The notes beneath the pieces are model-generated. The model saw nothing but the letters and a program-made list of their open reading frames with translations, ran no database searches and had not been told where the DNA came from. Below, in pieces: positions 29,002 to 37,012 of a stretch of 64,000 bases of DNA (positions are counted from its first letter, which is position 1; each line of letters begins with the position of its first letter). Source of the DNA: Clostridiales bacterium GWD2_32_19 (GTDB lineage: Bacteria > Bacillota > Clostridia > Lachnospirales > UBA12420); the NCBI GenBank assembly GCA_001795385.1, contig MGOU01000010.1, forward strand, positions 203 to 64,202, given 5' to 3'. Both the position numbers and the translations under genes were made by a program.

Positions 29002-29619
29002 ATGAATACAAATCAAACACAAGATGTTAAAGTAGTAAATGCAGATCCATCAGCATTAGGATTGTTTGGACTTGCAATGGTAACATTAGTAGCTTCATCT
29101 CAAAAACTTGGTATTACAGACGGGACTGCCTTTATACTGCCATGGGCAATTTTTTTGGGGGGATTTGCACAATTATTTGCATGTATCAATGATTCAAAGA
29201 GACAAAATGTTTTTGGAACAGTAGCATTCGGGGGATACGCGTTTTTCTGGTTCGGGGTAGCAGCTTCTTGGCTTATCCAAGCAGGAGTATTTGGACAAGA
29301 ATTAGCTAGTAAAGTGGATCCAAAACAGTTAGGCGTTGCATTTGTAGGATATTTAATATTCTCAATATTTATGACAATAGGTGCTATGGAAACTAATAAA
29401 GTATTATTTGTTATATTATTTTTCATCGATTTATTGTTTATAGGACTTGCGGCAACATCTTTCAACATTATGCCTGAAGTAGCCCATAAATTAGCAGCAT
29501 ATTCAGAGATGATTATTGCAGTATTATCTTTTTATGCTTCAGCAGCAGCAGTGTTAAATGCTCATTTTGGGAAGATATTTTTACCAACTGGCAAAGCATT
29601 TGGAATATTTAAGAAGTAA
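29002..29619 (+). CDS. GPR1/FUN34/YaaH (AceTr/SatP) family acetate-succinate transporter
   Basis: NADPSALGLFGLAMVT N-terminal signature, 6 TM helices, 205 aa. Confidence 0.85.
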   Translation: MNTNQTQDVKVVNADPSALGLFGLAMVTLVASSQKLGITDGTAFILPWAIFLGGFAQLFACINDSKRQNVFGTVAFGGYAFFWFGVAASWLIQAGVFGQELASKVDPKQLGVAFVGYLIFSIFMTIGAMETNKVLFVILFFIDLLFIGLAATSFNIMPEVAHKLAAYSEMIIAVLSFYASAAAVLNAHFGKIFLPTGKAFGIFKK

Positions 29620-29748
29620 TTTTAATTACAAAATATTACAAATAAATAACAAATTATAATCGTAAGATAATTAACAGAATAAGAATTTTAAATTACCAAT
29701 ATAGAAGAGCAGAGGAAAACAGCTTGAAGTAAGGACATAATTAAATAT

Positions 29749-29789
29749 GAAAAAAACAGCATATGTTTTTGAAACAATGCTGTTTTTTC
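29749..29789. terminator. bidirectional terminator
   Basis: aaaaacagcat / atgctgttttt stem between convergent genes. Confidence 0.75.
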
Positions 29790-29810
29790 ATGCTTTAATT
29801 AGGGGGATAA

Positions 29811-30212
29811 TTAAACTGCATTTCTTACTATTGCAACTATTTTATCAATTGGGATGTCAACTACCGAACCAATATTGAAAATGAAGCCTCTATCGCATTT
29901 TCTATCAGGGTCAGGGCATCCACCGCCTCTTCTTCCACCATAGCCTAGGCCACCATAACCGTCATAACCTCTGCCATAGTTGCCATAGTCTCCACATCCA
30001 CCCCTTGAGCATCCGTTTCCTAAAGCGCATCCAGGAGCAGGGCCGATACATGTAGTTATTCTTATAAAACATGGGTTAACTTTTATAATTACACCTGTGA
30101 ATCCACAACCAGATTGTCCTCCGCTTTCAGTAAATATTGTTACTGTTTCACCAATTTGATCGACCAAGTGGTCTACGAGTTTTACATCGCAACAAAAATT
30201 ATTATCTGACAT
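29811..30212 (-). CDS. Cys/Gly/Tyr-rich protein, probable spore coat-type structural protein
   Basis: 133 aa with 13 Cys. The central low-complexity region is GCSRGGCGDYGNYGRGYDGYGGLGYGGRRGGGC, flanked by beta-rich segments. It has a strong SD (aagggaggg) and a sigma-K-like promoter upstream. Confidence 0.6.
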   Translation of the reverse strand: MSDNNFCCDVKLVDHLVDQIGETVTIFTESGGQSGCGFTGVIIKVNPCFIRITTCIGPAPGCALGNGCSRGGCGDYGNYGRGYDGYGGLGYGGRRGGGCPDPDRKCDRGFIFNIGSVVDIPIDKIVAIVRNAV

Positions 30213-30227
30213 ATTAAGCCCTCCCTT

Positions 30228-30265
30228 ATATTATATAGTAGGATTTTAATCCTACTATATAATAT
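30228..30265. promoter_or_regulatory. 38-bp perfect palindrome overlapping the candidate -10 of the Cys/Gly-rich gene
   Basis: atattatatagtaggatt-tt-aatcctactatataatat, with 18-bp arms and no mismatch. Confidence 0.6.
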
Positions 30266-30285
30266 GAACAAGCTATAAAATGTGT
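30258..30285 (-). promoter_or_regulatory. sigma-K-like promoter (AC-N17-CATATTATA)
   Basis: The minus strand reads ac-(17 nt)-catattata, matching the B. subtilis sigma-K consensus AC-N16/17-CATAnnnTA (from memory). Confidence 0.4.
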
Positions 30286-30363
30286 TACAGCTTGTCTAAA
30301 ATACTTATTTAAAAATGGTTTTGATAAATAAAAAATAATTAATCAAAAATTTTCATAAATTCA

Positions 30364-30392
30364 TTGACAAAAATAAAGAAATAGAATATAAT
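30364..30392 (+). promoter_or_regulatory. consensus sigma-A promoter for the DUF134-trx operon
   Basis: TTGACA, 17-nt spacer, TATAAT, followed by the palindrome tgcatatgca (30394-30403). Confidence 0.75.
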
Positions 30393-30424
30393 ATGCATAT
30401 GCACAAAATACCAGGAGGTATAAA

Positions 30425-30703
30425 ATGCCAAGGAATAAAAAAGAGAAAAACTGTAGATGTTTAGAGGGTGAAATATGCTACTCGCCGATAGACAAAAAGG
30501 GAATAGAAGGTGAAATAAACCTTATAGAACTCGCTGAATTTGAAGCAATGAGGTTATGTGATCTTGAAGGTAAAAGTCAGATAGAAGCCGGAACTATAAT
30601 GAACATTTCACGGGGTACGGTGCAGAGATTACTAGAGATAGGGCGCAAAAAAGTAATAGATTCACTACTTAACTATAAATGCATAAAAGTTAAGAAATTA
30701 TAA
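30425..30703 (+). CDS. DUF134/UPF0251 family putative DNA-binding protein
   Basis: MPRNKKEKNCR...EFEAMRLCDLEGKSQIEAGTIMNISRGTVQRLL has a sigma-70 region-4-like HTH typical of DUF134. Confidence 0.75.
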   Translation: MPRNKKEKNCRCLEGEICYSPIDKKGIEGEINLIELAEFEAMRLCDLEGKSQIEAGTIMNISRGTVQRLLEIGRKKVIDSLLNYKCIKVKKL

Positions 30704-30722
30704 AATAAAAGGAGGAATAAAG

Positions 30723-31037
30723 ATGGTAAAGGTATTAGATAGTACAAATTTTGATTCAGCAATTAATACGGGTGTAACGATAGTTGATTTCTACGCAGAT
30801 TGGTGTGGGCCATGTAAGATGATGGGGCCAGTTATGGAAAATATATCAGATGAAGTTGAAAATGTGAGCGTATGCAAGGTAAATGTTGATAAGGCCAATG
30901 ATATTGCAGCGAAATACAATGTAATGAGCATTCCTACATTTATTATATTTAAAGACGGTAATCAGGTAGAAACTTTTAAAGGTGCAATGCCGAAAGAGAT
31001 GATTACAAGCAAGTTAAATAAGTTCATAAATCAGTAA
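30723..31037 (+). CDS. trxA: thioredoxin
   Basis: WCGPCK active site, 104 aa. Confidence 0.95.
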   Translation: MVKVLDSTNFDSAINTGVTIVDFYADWCGPCKMMGPVMENISDEVENVSVCKVNVDKANDIAAKYNVMSIPTFIIFKDGNQVETFKGAMPKEMITSKLNKFINQ

Positions 31038-31058
31038 TCAGTAATCAGTAATCAGTAT
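31031..31058 (+). repeat. 7-bp tandem repeat (tcagtaa x3 plus tcagtat) starting in the trx stop codon
   Basis: Direct reading: tcagtaatcagtaatcagtaatcagtat. Confidence 0.9.
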
Positions 31059-31210
31059 TTGAAAATGCACATGTCCAAGGTGTGTATTTTTATGTTAAGA
31101 ATTAACTATTTATATTTCAAAAGCATAAAAATTATAGAATTTACTATAAATGCATAATATAGAAAACAAGACATAAATATGTAGTAACTATAAATCGCAG
31201 GAGGTAGAAC

Positions 31211-31393
31211 ATGAAATTAGTAGTTAAAAAAGATAGATGCCCCCAGAATCATCCATGTCCATCAATTAGAGTATGTCCAGTAAATGCATTAAAGCAGAAA
31301 GGATATTCAGCACCAGAAGTGGATCAAGAGGTGTGTATAAAATGTGGCAAGTGTGTCAAGTATTGCCCAATGAAAGCGTTGGTATTAGAATAA
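31211..31393 (+). CDS. small 4Fe-4S cluster-binding protein (60 aa)
   Basis: CIKCGKCVKYCP plus CPQNHPCPSIRVCP. Confidence 0.7.
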   Translation: MKLVVKKDRCPQNHPCPSIRVCPVNALKQKGYSAPEVDQEVCIKCGKCVKYCPMKALVLE

Positions 31394-31491
31394 AATAAAC
31401 CACAAAATATCATGATAAACTTATAAACTCCAAAGTATGATGTTTGCTGAAAAATTGACTAAACTCTAGTATAGGGTTGGTCAATTATTAT

Positions 31492-31645
31492 AAACAATGA
31501 AGTTTATAATAACTCTACAATGACGATCTTATCAGTAGATAAAGTATTGGAAAAAATAATTTATATGATATATTTAATATTCTCTTTCGAAAATAAAGAG
31601 GATATTTTTTGTGTAAAAAATTCTTTCATTTCACTTAATTGTTCT
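31492..31645. repeat. ~150-bp direct repeat, copy 1 (ABC-exporter 3'-end remnant plus genuine splB 3' end)
   Basis: Aligns with 34691-34839 at roughly 85% identity by eye. 31492-31543 mimics the last codons of the ABC gene, with a 1-nt deletion. Confidence 0.8.
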
Positions 31646-32568
31646 TTTGTGTAAACATACTTTCCATAGCCGAATTGACCGTATTTAAATTTCCTTTCAT
31701 CTTCATTCATGGGTAATGTTGTGTTTGGAAAGACATTTAATATTTTATTTTTGGCTGTTATTGTATATCTATGAGAAATAACTTCGAAGGATATATCATG
31801 TTTATAATTTTTTGGTACTTTAGCTGATAATTCATCAATAAGTTCAGAGTAATCCGTTTTCCAATCATCATACAAAAACACAGGTGCAATTATGAATCCA
31901 GATGGATAACCTGCATTCATAATCTTTTGGCTAGCTTCGATACGTCTTGACTTTGAGGGAGTGGAATGCTCGTATGCACTTATGATTTTGTCAGTATTAA
32001 TGCTAAATCTTATGGTCGTGTGGTTGTTATGATCAAGAGTAAGAAGTGTATCTACATCGGTATATTTTGTAACAAATCGGAACAGGCCATTTTTTTCTTT
32101 TGCAAAGAAATTGATTGTTCTCTCAAGTATATTTGTATAAGGCTCAACAGGGATTGGGTCAGAAGTTGCTGAACCTTCAAATATAGTTATATTGTCACTT
32201 TTGGCTATATACTTTTTCGCATTATCTAATATATCATCAACATTAACAAAGACCTTTGTATATGGTTTGTCTCCTAATTTGGTATTTAAATAACAATATT
32301 CACATTGTCCTGTACATCCAGATATGAGGGGAAGTTGGTAATCAGCCGAAGGTTTACATGTCTCGAACTTAGATACTCGTTTTACCCCGACAACTAATGT
32401 TTGTTTACCCTCTTTATATTTTAGAGCAGGATTATCATTTGCTTGAAAATGAACTCTATTATCTATTATAATGTCTACATTTTTATCTTTAAATTTATCA
32501 TATATTTTCTGACCTATCGCGTATTCTAATGCTTTCTTTTCAAAGAAAATTCTTTTTGGAACAAACAT
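31561..32568 (-). CDS. splB: spore photoproduct lyase (radical SAM)
   Basis: CTGQCEYCYL (CxxxCxxC) and collinear similarity to B. subtilis SplB (FVP...ALEY, RFVTK, GYP.GFI.APV). The start is moved to ATG 32566-32568 behind aggaggga, because the tracked 415-aa form adds an implausible N-terminus. Confidence 0.9.
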   Translation of the reverse strand: MFVPKRIFFEKKALEYAIGQKIYDKFKDKNVDIIIDNRVHFQANDNPALKYKEGKQTLVVGVKRVSKFETCKPSADYQLPLISGCTGQCEYCYLNTKLGDKPYTKVFVNVDDILDNAKKYIAKSDNITIFEGSATSDPIPVEPYTNILERTINFFAKEKNGLFRFVTKYTDVDTLLTLDHNNHTTIRFSINTDKIISAYEHSTPSKSRRIEASQKIMNAGYPSGFIIAPVFLYDDWKTDYSELIDELSAKVPKNYKHDISFEVISHRYTITAKNKILNVFPNTTLPMNEDERKFKYGQFGYGKYVYTKEQLSEMKEFFTQKISSLFSKENIKYII

Positions 32569-32682
32569 ATGATCCCTCCTTTTTGTACTAGTATAACCTG
32601 AAAATTTAAAAATAGTTGGTGTGGAGTTTATTCTTATAATATTACATAAAATTAACAAAAAATGACAAATTACAGTAAAATA

Positions 32683-32711
32683 TTGACAAAATAATGAAAT
32701 AGACATATAAT
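32683..32711 (+). promoter_or_regulatory. perfect consensus sigma-A promoter upstream of the ABC exporter
   Basis: TTGACA (32683-32688), 17-nt spacer, TATAAT (32706-32711). Confidence 0.75.
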
Positions 32712-32739
32712 AATTTAAAATACATAAGAGAAAGTGTCT

Positions 32740-32817
32740 ATGATGATTAATTTTGTGAATGATACTAGAAATGAATATGTAAGTTATATTGTAGATACTA
32801 ATTGTCAAGTTTTATAG
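32740..32817 (+). CDS. candidate 25-aa leader peptide
   Basis: ATGATG... translates to MMINFVNDTRNEYVSYIVDTNCQVL. It lies between the consensus promoter and a hairpin plus T6. The SD is weak (agagaaag). Confidence 0.3.
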   Translation: MMINFVNDTRNEYVSYIVDTNCQVL

Positions 32818-32860
32818 AGTTACTTTTATTTTGAAAAATAAAATAAAATAATATATAAAT

Positions 32861-32892
32861 GGTACCGTGTCTATGTAGGTACGGTGTTTTTT
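32861..32892 (+). terminator. candidate attenuator/terminator
   Basis: ggtaccgtgtctatgtaggtacggtg followed by tttttt; the stem is ~8 bp including G-U pairs. Confidence 0.45.
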
Positions 32893-32909
32893 GATTGGCA
32901 ATTATTAGT

Positions 32910-32951
32910 GGGATAGTGTAGTATTTAGTACTATGAATATTTTACACTACC
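32910..32951 (+). repeat. family 2 hairpin repeat, copy 2, upstream of the ABC exporter
   Basis: gggatagtgtagtatttagtactatgaatattttacactacc; ends 24 nt before the ATG. Confidence 0.9.
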
Positions 32952-32974
32952 AGTAGTGAAGAGAGGGTGACTTA

Positions 32975-34741
32975 ATGAAAGATTTAGAAAATGAAGAAAA
33001 GAAGTTTACGAAAGAAGAAACAATAGGTCTAGTAAAAAAAATATGGGTATACATGAGTAAATATAAAAAACTTGTTGTTATTATATTAACTATGACAACG
33101 ATAATGAGTTTTTTACAAATATTTAATGCATTAATTTGGGCTAAAGGGTTAGCAAATTTAATAAAAAATGATTTTAAAATGTTTATTATGTATTTTATAT
33201 TATTTGCTATATTGTGGGTAATAGATACAATATTTGTTTTAATAAATAATAATTCATATGCAAGATTTGAGAGTAACTTTATAACAGATATAAAAAGGGA
33301 AATGTATGAGAAGGTATTGAATGTAGGAGTAAATATCTTTGATAATAAAAAGAGTGGAGAAATAATAAATAAGGTATCTTCAGAGCCAAATATTGTAATT
33401 AACAATTTAAAACAAATATTTAGTATATTTGTGGGATTATTAACAGCAGCAGGGGTTGTAGTTTTCGCCTATATTTTATGTCCTCCAATAGGGATGTATT
33501 ATTTGATAGCTTTAACCATTACTTATATATTGTTTAAGCAAAATGGAGTAAAGATTAAAAAGATACAAAATAGTATAAAAAGATCAGATGATAAAGTAGT
33601 AAGTATATTAAACCAGAGTATACAAGGGATAAGAGAAGTGAAAGGATTAGGAATAAAGGAGAGTATATTGTCGAAGTTTATAGTTTATTTATATGTATTA
33701 AGAAAAAAACAATTAAAAAATACATATATAACAATAAGCTTCGATATAAGTATTTCGATTCTAAAGGTAATTACAATAGTGAGTATTCTTATTACTGGTG
33801 GGTGGTATGTATACACAGGAAAACTTGCATTAGAATATTTTTTAGTAATAGATGGTTGCACATGGTTTGCATTGCAGCAATTTGATAAAATATCATCACT
33901 AAATCAATTAGTACAAGGATTGAATGTGTCGTTAACTAGAATATTTGAGGTTCTTGATGATGATGTATACACAATTGAAAAGTTTGGAGACAAAAATGTA
34001 GAGAATGTATACGGACAAATTGAAATCAAAGATTTATCATTTGCGTACGACAACAATAGTAAAGTACTAGAAAAAGTAAATATACATATACCAAAGAATA
34101 AAAAGATAGCTATAGTAGGAAAAAGCGGAAGTGGAAAAAGTACATTGTTTAGTCTTTTACTTAGGTTTTATGACTACGAAGAGGGCGAGATATTAATCGA
34201 TGGAATAAACATAAAAGAATTTACTGAGGAGTCTTTAAGAAAACATATATCGGTTATAAGACAGGAGCCGTTTTTATTTAATTCTACAATAAAAGAAAAT
34301 CTAGCTATGGTAAAACCAGATGCAATATTGGATGAAATAAGGGAATCATGTAAAATTGCATATATTGATGAGTATATAATGAATTTGCCGAAGCAGTATG
34401 ATACATTAATAGGAGAAGGCGGAGTAAACCTATCTGGTGGACAGAAGCAAAGATTAGCAATAGCAAGAGCAATGCTAAAAAAATCGAAGATTATGCTATT
34501 TGACGAAGCAACGAGTGCACTTGATAATGAATCACAATATAATGTGAAAAAAGCTATTGATGAAGTAGCAAGAGAGCATACAGTAATCATAATAGCTCAT
34601 AGGCTCTCAACCGTAATAGATTGCGATGAGATGATACTGCTTGACAGCGGAAAAGTTGTAGCAAGAGGTACGCACGATGATTTGATTAAAAACAGTGAAG
34701 TTTATAATAAACTATACAATGTCGATCTTATCAATGGATAA
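32975..34741 (+). CDS. ABC exporter, fused permease/ATPase (MsbA/multidrug type)
   Basis: 6-TM N-terminal half, Walker A GKSGSGKST, signature LSGGQKQR, Walker B IMLFDEATSALD. Confidence 0.9.
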   Translation: MKDLENEEKKFTKEETIGLVKKIWVYMSKYKKLVVIILTMTTIMSFLQIFNALIWAKGLANLIKNDFKMFIMYFILFAILWVIDTIFVLINNNSYARFESNFITDIKREMYEKVLNVGVNIFDNKKSGEIINKVSSEPNIVINNLKQIFSIFVGLLTAAGVVVFAYILCPPIGMYYLIALTITYILFKQNGVKIKKIQNSIKRSDDKVVSILNQSIQGIREVKGLGIKESILSKFIVYLYVLRKKQLKNTYITISFDISISILKVITIVSILITGGWYVYTGKLALEYFLVIDGCTWFALQQFDKISSLNQLVQGLNVSLTRIFEVLDDDVYTIEKFGDKNVENVYGQIEIKDLSFAYDNNSKVLEKVNIHIPKNKKIAIVGKSGSGKSTLFSLLLRFYDYEEGEILIDGINIKEFTEESLRKHISVIRQEPFLFNSTIKENLAMVKPDAILDEIRESCKIAYIDEYIMNLPKQYDTLIGEGGVNLSGGQKQRLAIARAMLKKSKIMLFDEATSALDNESQYNVKKAIDEVAREHTVIIIAHRLSTVIDCDEMILLDSGKVVARGTHDDLIKNSEVYNKLYNVDLING

Positions 34742-34839
34742 AGCCGTTGACAAAACAATTTATATGATATAAAAAATATTCTCTTTAAAATAAAGAGGAT
34801 ATTTTTATGTTAAAAGTCCTTCATTTCACTTAATTGTTC
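34691..34839. repeat. ~150-bp direct repeat, copy 2 (genuine ABC 3' end plus splB 3'-end remnant)
   Basis: See copy 1. The minus strand of 34762-34839 reads EQLSEMKDF*, a truncated echo of the splB C-terminus EQLSEMKEFF... Confidence 0.8.
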
Positions 34840-34840
34840 C

Positions 34841-34887
34841 TATAGTTTCAACAAGTTTTTAAAAACTTGTTGAAACTATACAATTTT
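34841..34887 (+). terminator. 40-bp perfect palindrome followed by a T-run
   Basis: tatagtttcaacaagttttt|aaaaacttgttgaaactata, then caattttttt. Confidence 0.7.
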
Positions 34888-34985
34888 TTTGTTATAATAA
34901 AATTTAATATGGATGAAATTGCTAATACAAAAGTGTAAAATACTTATTTTTAAAAAGATAAAATAAGATAATGTGGAGAGTGGAT

Positions 34986-36815
34986 ATGAATAGGGTGCAA
35001 AAAAAACAAAATAATAAAAAAGGATTTACATTATTAGAACTAATTGCAGTATTAGTAATATTAGCAATAATTTCAATGATAGCAGTACCATTATTCATGA
35101 ACAAAAGTGTGGCAGCAAAACAAATAGCACATAATGAAAATGTTAGAATATTATTCTCACAAGGGCAAGCGTATTTAGTAAAAGAAAAAGTAAGTTTTCC
35201 ACAAGTTAATATAATAGATGATATGGTAGCAAAAGGATACATAAAGGAAATACCTGATAACCCACTAGGAGGTGCCCCTTATATTGTAGCGGTAAATGAT
35301 AGTGGAGTAATAACAGTAACACCAGAGATGGTAGAAGTAACAGGGGTGATTGTTGAGGAGTTAGATACTATTGTACCAACAGTAGTAATAACAGCAAATA
35401 CACTAGATTCGACATCAGAATCAATCATCACATACACAATGGAATTCAGTGAAAATATTATAGAGTTTGGCACAGAAGATGTAGTAGTAACAAATGGAAC
35501 AAAAGGTATATTTACCGCAGTAGACCAAAAAATATATACATTGGTAGTAACAAACAGCGGACCATGTACCCAAACAGTAACAGTAAATGAAGGAGTATGT
35601 ACAGATGAAGTAGGGAACAACAATGTAAGTGGAAGCAAGAGCATAATAATAACAGCGCTAATATATAATGGAACACATAATATCCCAAAACTCGTAACGG
35701 GAATGACACCAGTAAAATGGGTAGGAACCACAGAAACAGAAACAATATCAACAGACCCACTCTGGTACCTATATAATGGAGACATAGAAAGCACAGTAGG
35801 TGGTACACAATACACAGCAGATAAATGGGCAAATGTAAAATTAGTAGATGGAAGTTTATTTGTATGGATACCAAGATACACATACAATATAAAAGAAAGT
35901 GGCGGGACAAGTAAAATATGGATAAAATATAGTAATGGAACGATAGACGACACAAGTTTAAATGCAGCAAATAGTAACACACCATTTAAGGTACATCCAG
36001 CCTTTAACTTTGGGGGTAAACAACTAACAGGAATATGGGTAGCTAAATTTGAAGCGAGTAATAATGGAAGTGGTAAAGTACAGGTGAGACCTGGAATAGT
36101 GAGTTGGACAGGTATAGGTGTAGATGCTATATTTACAGCATGTAGAGCAATGCAAAACGCTAGTAACCCATATGGAATAAGCACAGATACAAATGTAATA
36201 GATACGCACATGATGAAAAATAACGAATGGGCAGCAGTGGCATATCTCACGGAAGCTATAAGAGATAGAAATGAAATAGAAATGAATAGTGATAATAACT
36301 GCTATACAGGTGGAAGTAGTACAGTTACAACAGTATATGGAGCAAATGTAGTGCAAGGTAATACAGGAAATGTATACGCAATATATGACCTAAGTGGTGG
36401 AGCTTGGGAATATGCTGCGAGTTATGTACAAAATCATGATGTACCAGGGGATGGAGTAGAAAACTATGATTTTGGATATCTAGTAACATATGCAAATAGC
36501 TTAATAAGTGCAGTAACAGACTATAAAAATGAGCTAACAGGAGCATTTGACGGAACACAGGAAACAGCATATAATGTGACATCAACACAAACAGATGGAA
36601 TGGCACTACATGAAATAGCGGACTCATTTTCATTAACTAGTACGTTCCAAGGATACGGTGATTATCAATCGTTTGCGTATAGTATGTTTCCAGTTTTCAT
36701 TCGCGGTGGGTGCTATAGTAATACTGGTTCTGCGGGTGTATTCGCGTATATGAGTACCAGCGGAGCAGGTAATACTACTCGTTCTTTCCGTCCTGTGTTA
36801 ATAGGGTTTGAGTAA
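34986..36815 (+). CDS. modular type IV pilin-like protein: prepilin signal/pilin head, Ig-like domain, FGE-sulfatase (SUMF1)-like domain
   Basis: KKG|FTLLELIAVLVILAIISMIAVP is a class III signal with E5. The FGE-like C-terminus shows GIWVAKFEAS, VSWTGIGVDAIFTACRAM, NNEWAAVAYL, YDLSGGAWEYAASYV and FIRGGCY...SFRPVL. The start is chosen at ATG 34986 after ggagag. Confidence 0.75.
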   Translation: MNRVQKKQNNKKGFTLLELIAVLVILAIISMIAVPLFMNKSVAAKQIAHNENVRILFSQGQAYLVKEKVSFPQVNIIDDMVAKGYIKEIPDNPLGGAPYIVAVNDSGVITVTPEMVEVTGVIVEELDTIVPTVVITANTLDSTSESIITYTMEFSENIIEFGTEDVVVTNGTKGIFTAVDQKIYTLVVTNSGPCTQTVTVNEGVCTDEVGNNNVSGSKSIIITALIYNGTHNIPKLVTGMTPVKWVGTTETETISTDPLWYLYNGDIESTVGGTQYTADKWANVKLVDGSLFVWIPRYTYNIKESGGTSKIWIKYSNGTIDDTSLNAANSNTPFKVHPAFNFGGKQLTGIWVAKFEASNNGSGKVQVRPGIVSWTGIGVDAIFTACRAMQNASNPYGISTDTNVIDTHMMKNNEWAAVAYLTEAIRDRNEIEMNSDNNCYTGGSSTVTTVYGANVVQGNTGNVYAIYDLSGGAWEYAASYVQNHDVPGDGVENYDFGYLVTYANSLISAVTDYKNELTGAFDGTQETAYNVTSTQTDGMALHEIADSFSLTSTFQGYGDYQSFAYSMFPVFIRGGCYSNTGSAGVFAYMSTSGAGNTTRSFRPVLIGFE

Positions 36816-36885
36816 TCCTAGACCTTGGTATTTTCAAAGCAGTATTAAACAGTGTAAAGCAGAAAAATAAAGAAAAAATAAATGA

Positions 36886-36920
36886 AAAATGACATATATA
36901 TAATATATGTCATTTTTCGT
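36886..36920 (+). terminator. rho-independent terminator
   Basis: aaaaatgacatatat / atatatgtcattttt. Confidence 0.75.
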
Positions 36921-37012
36921 TAAAAAAAATATCTATTGTGTTGAAATATCTATGAAAGTGGTATATAATGTAAGTATATTTGAACAACATAAGAAAGGGG
37001 CAAAAGACATAT

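Noticed and set aside
31148-31165. atgcat motif upstream of the small 4Fe-4S gene, as a third TGCAT/ATGCA operator
   Set aside because: Only a 6-bp palindrome with no flanking symmetry, which is expected by chance in this composition.
32569-32808. 80-codon N-terminal extension of splB in the ORF track (415-aa form)
   Set aside because: The extension is a low-complexity I/L/F/C-rich sequence with no SD. ATG 32566-32568 has aggaggga upstream and aligns with the N-terminus of known SplB (MFVPKRIFFEKKALEY). The region also carries a consensus + strand promoter.
35279-36633. Long antisense or alternative-frame ORFs within the pilin gene (323, 157, 110 and 102 aa)
   Set aside because: Their products are low-complexity with no SD or motifs, and they overlap a + strand ORF with clear pilin and FGE-like motifs. 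They reflect the unusual codon composition of that gene.
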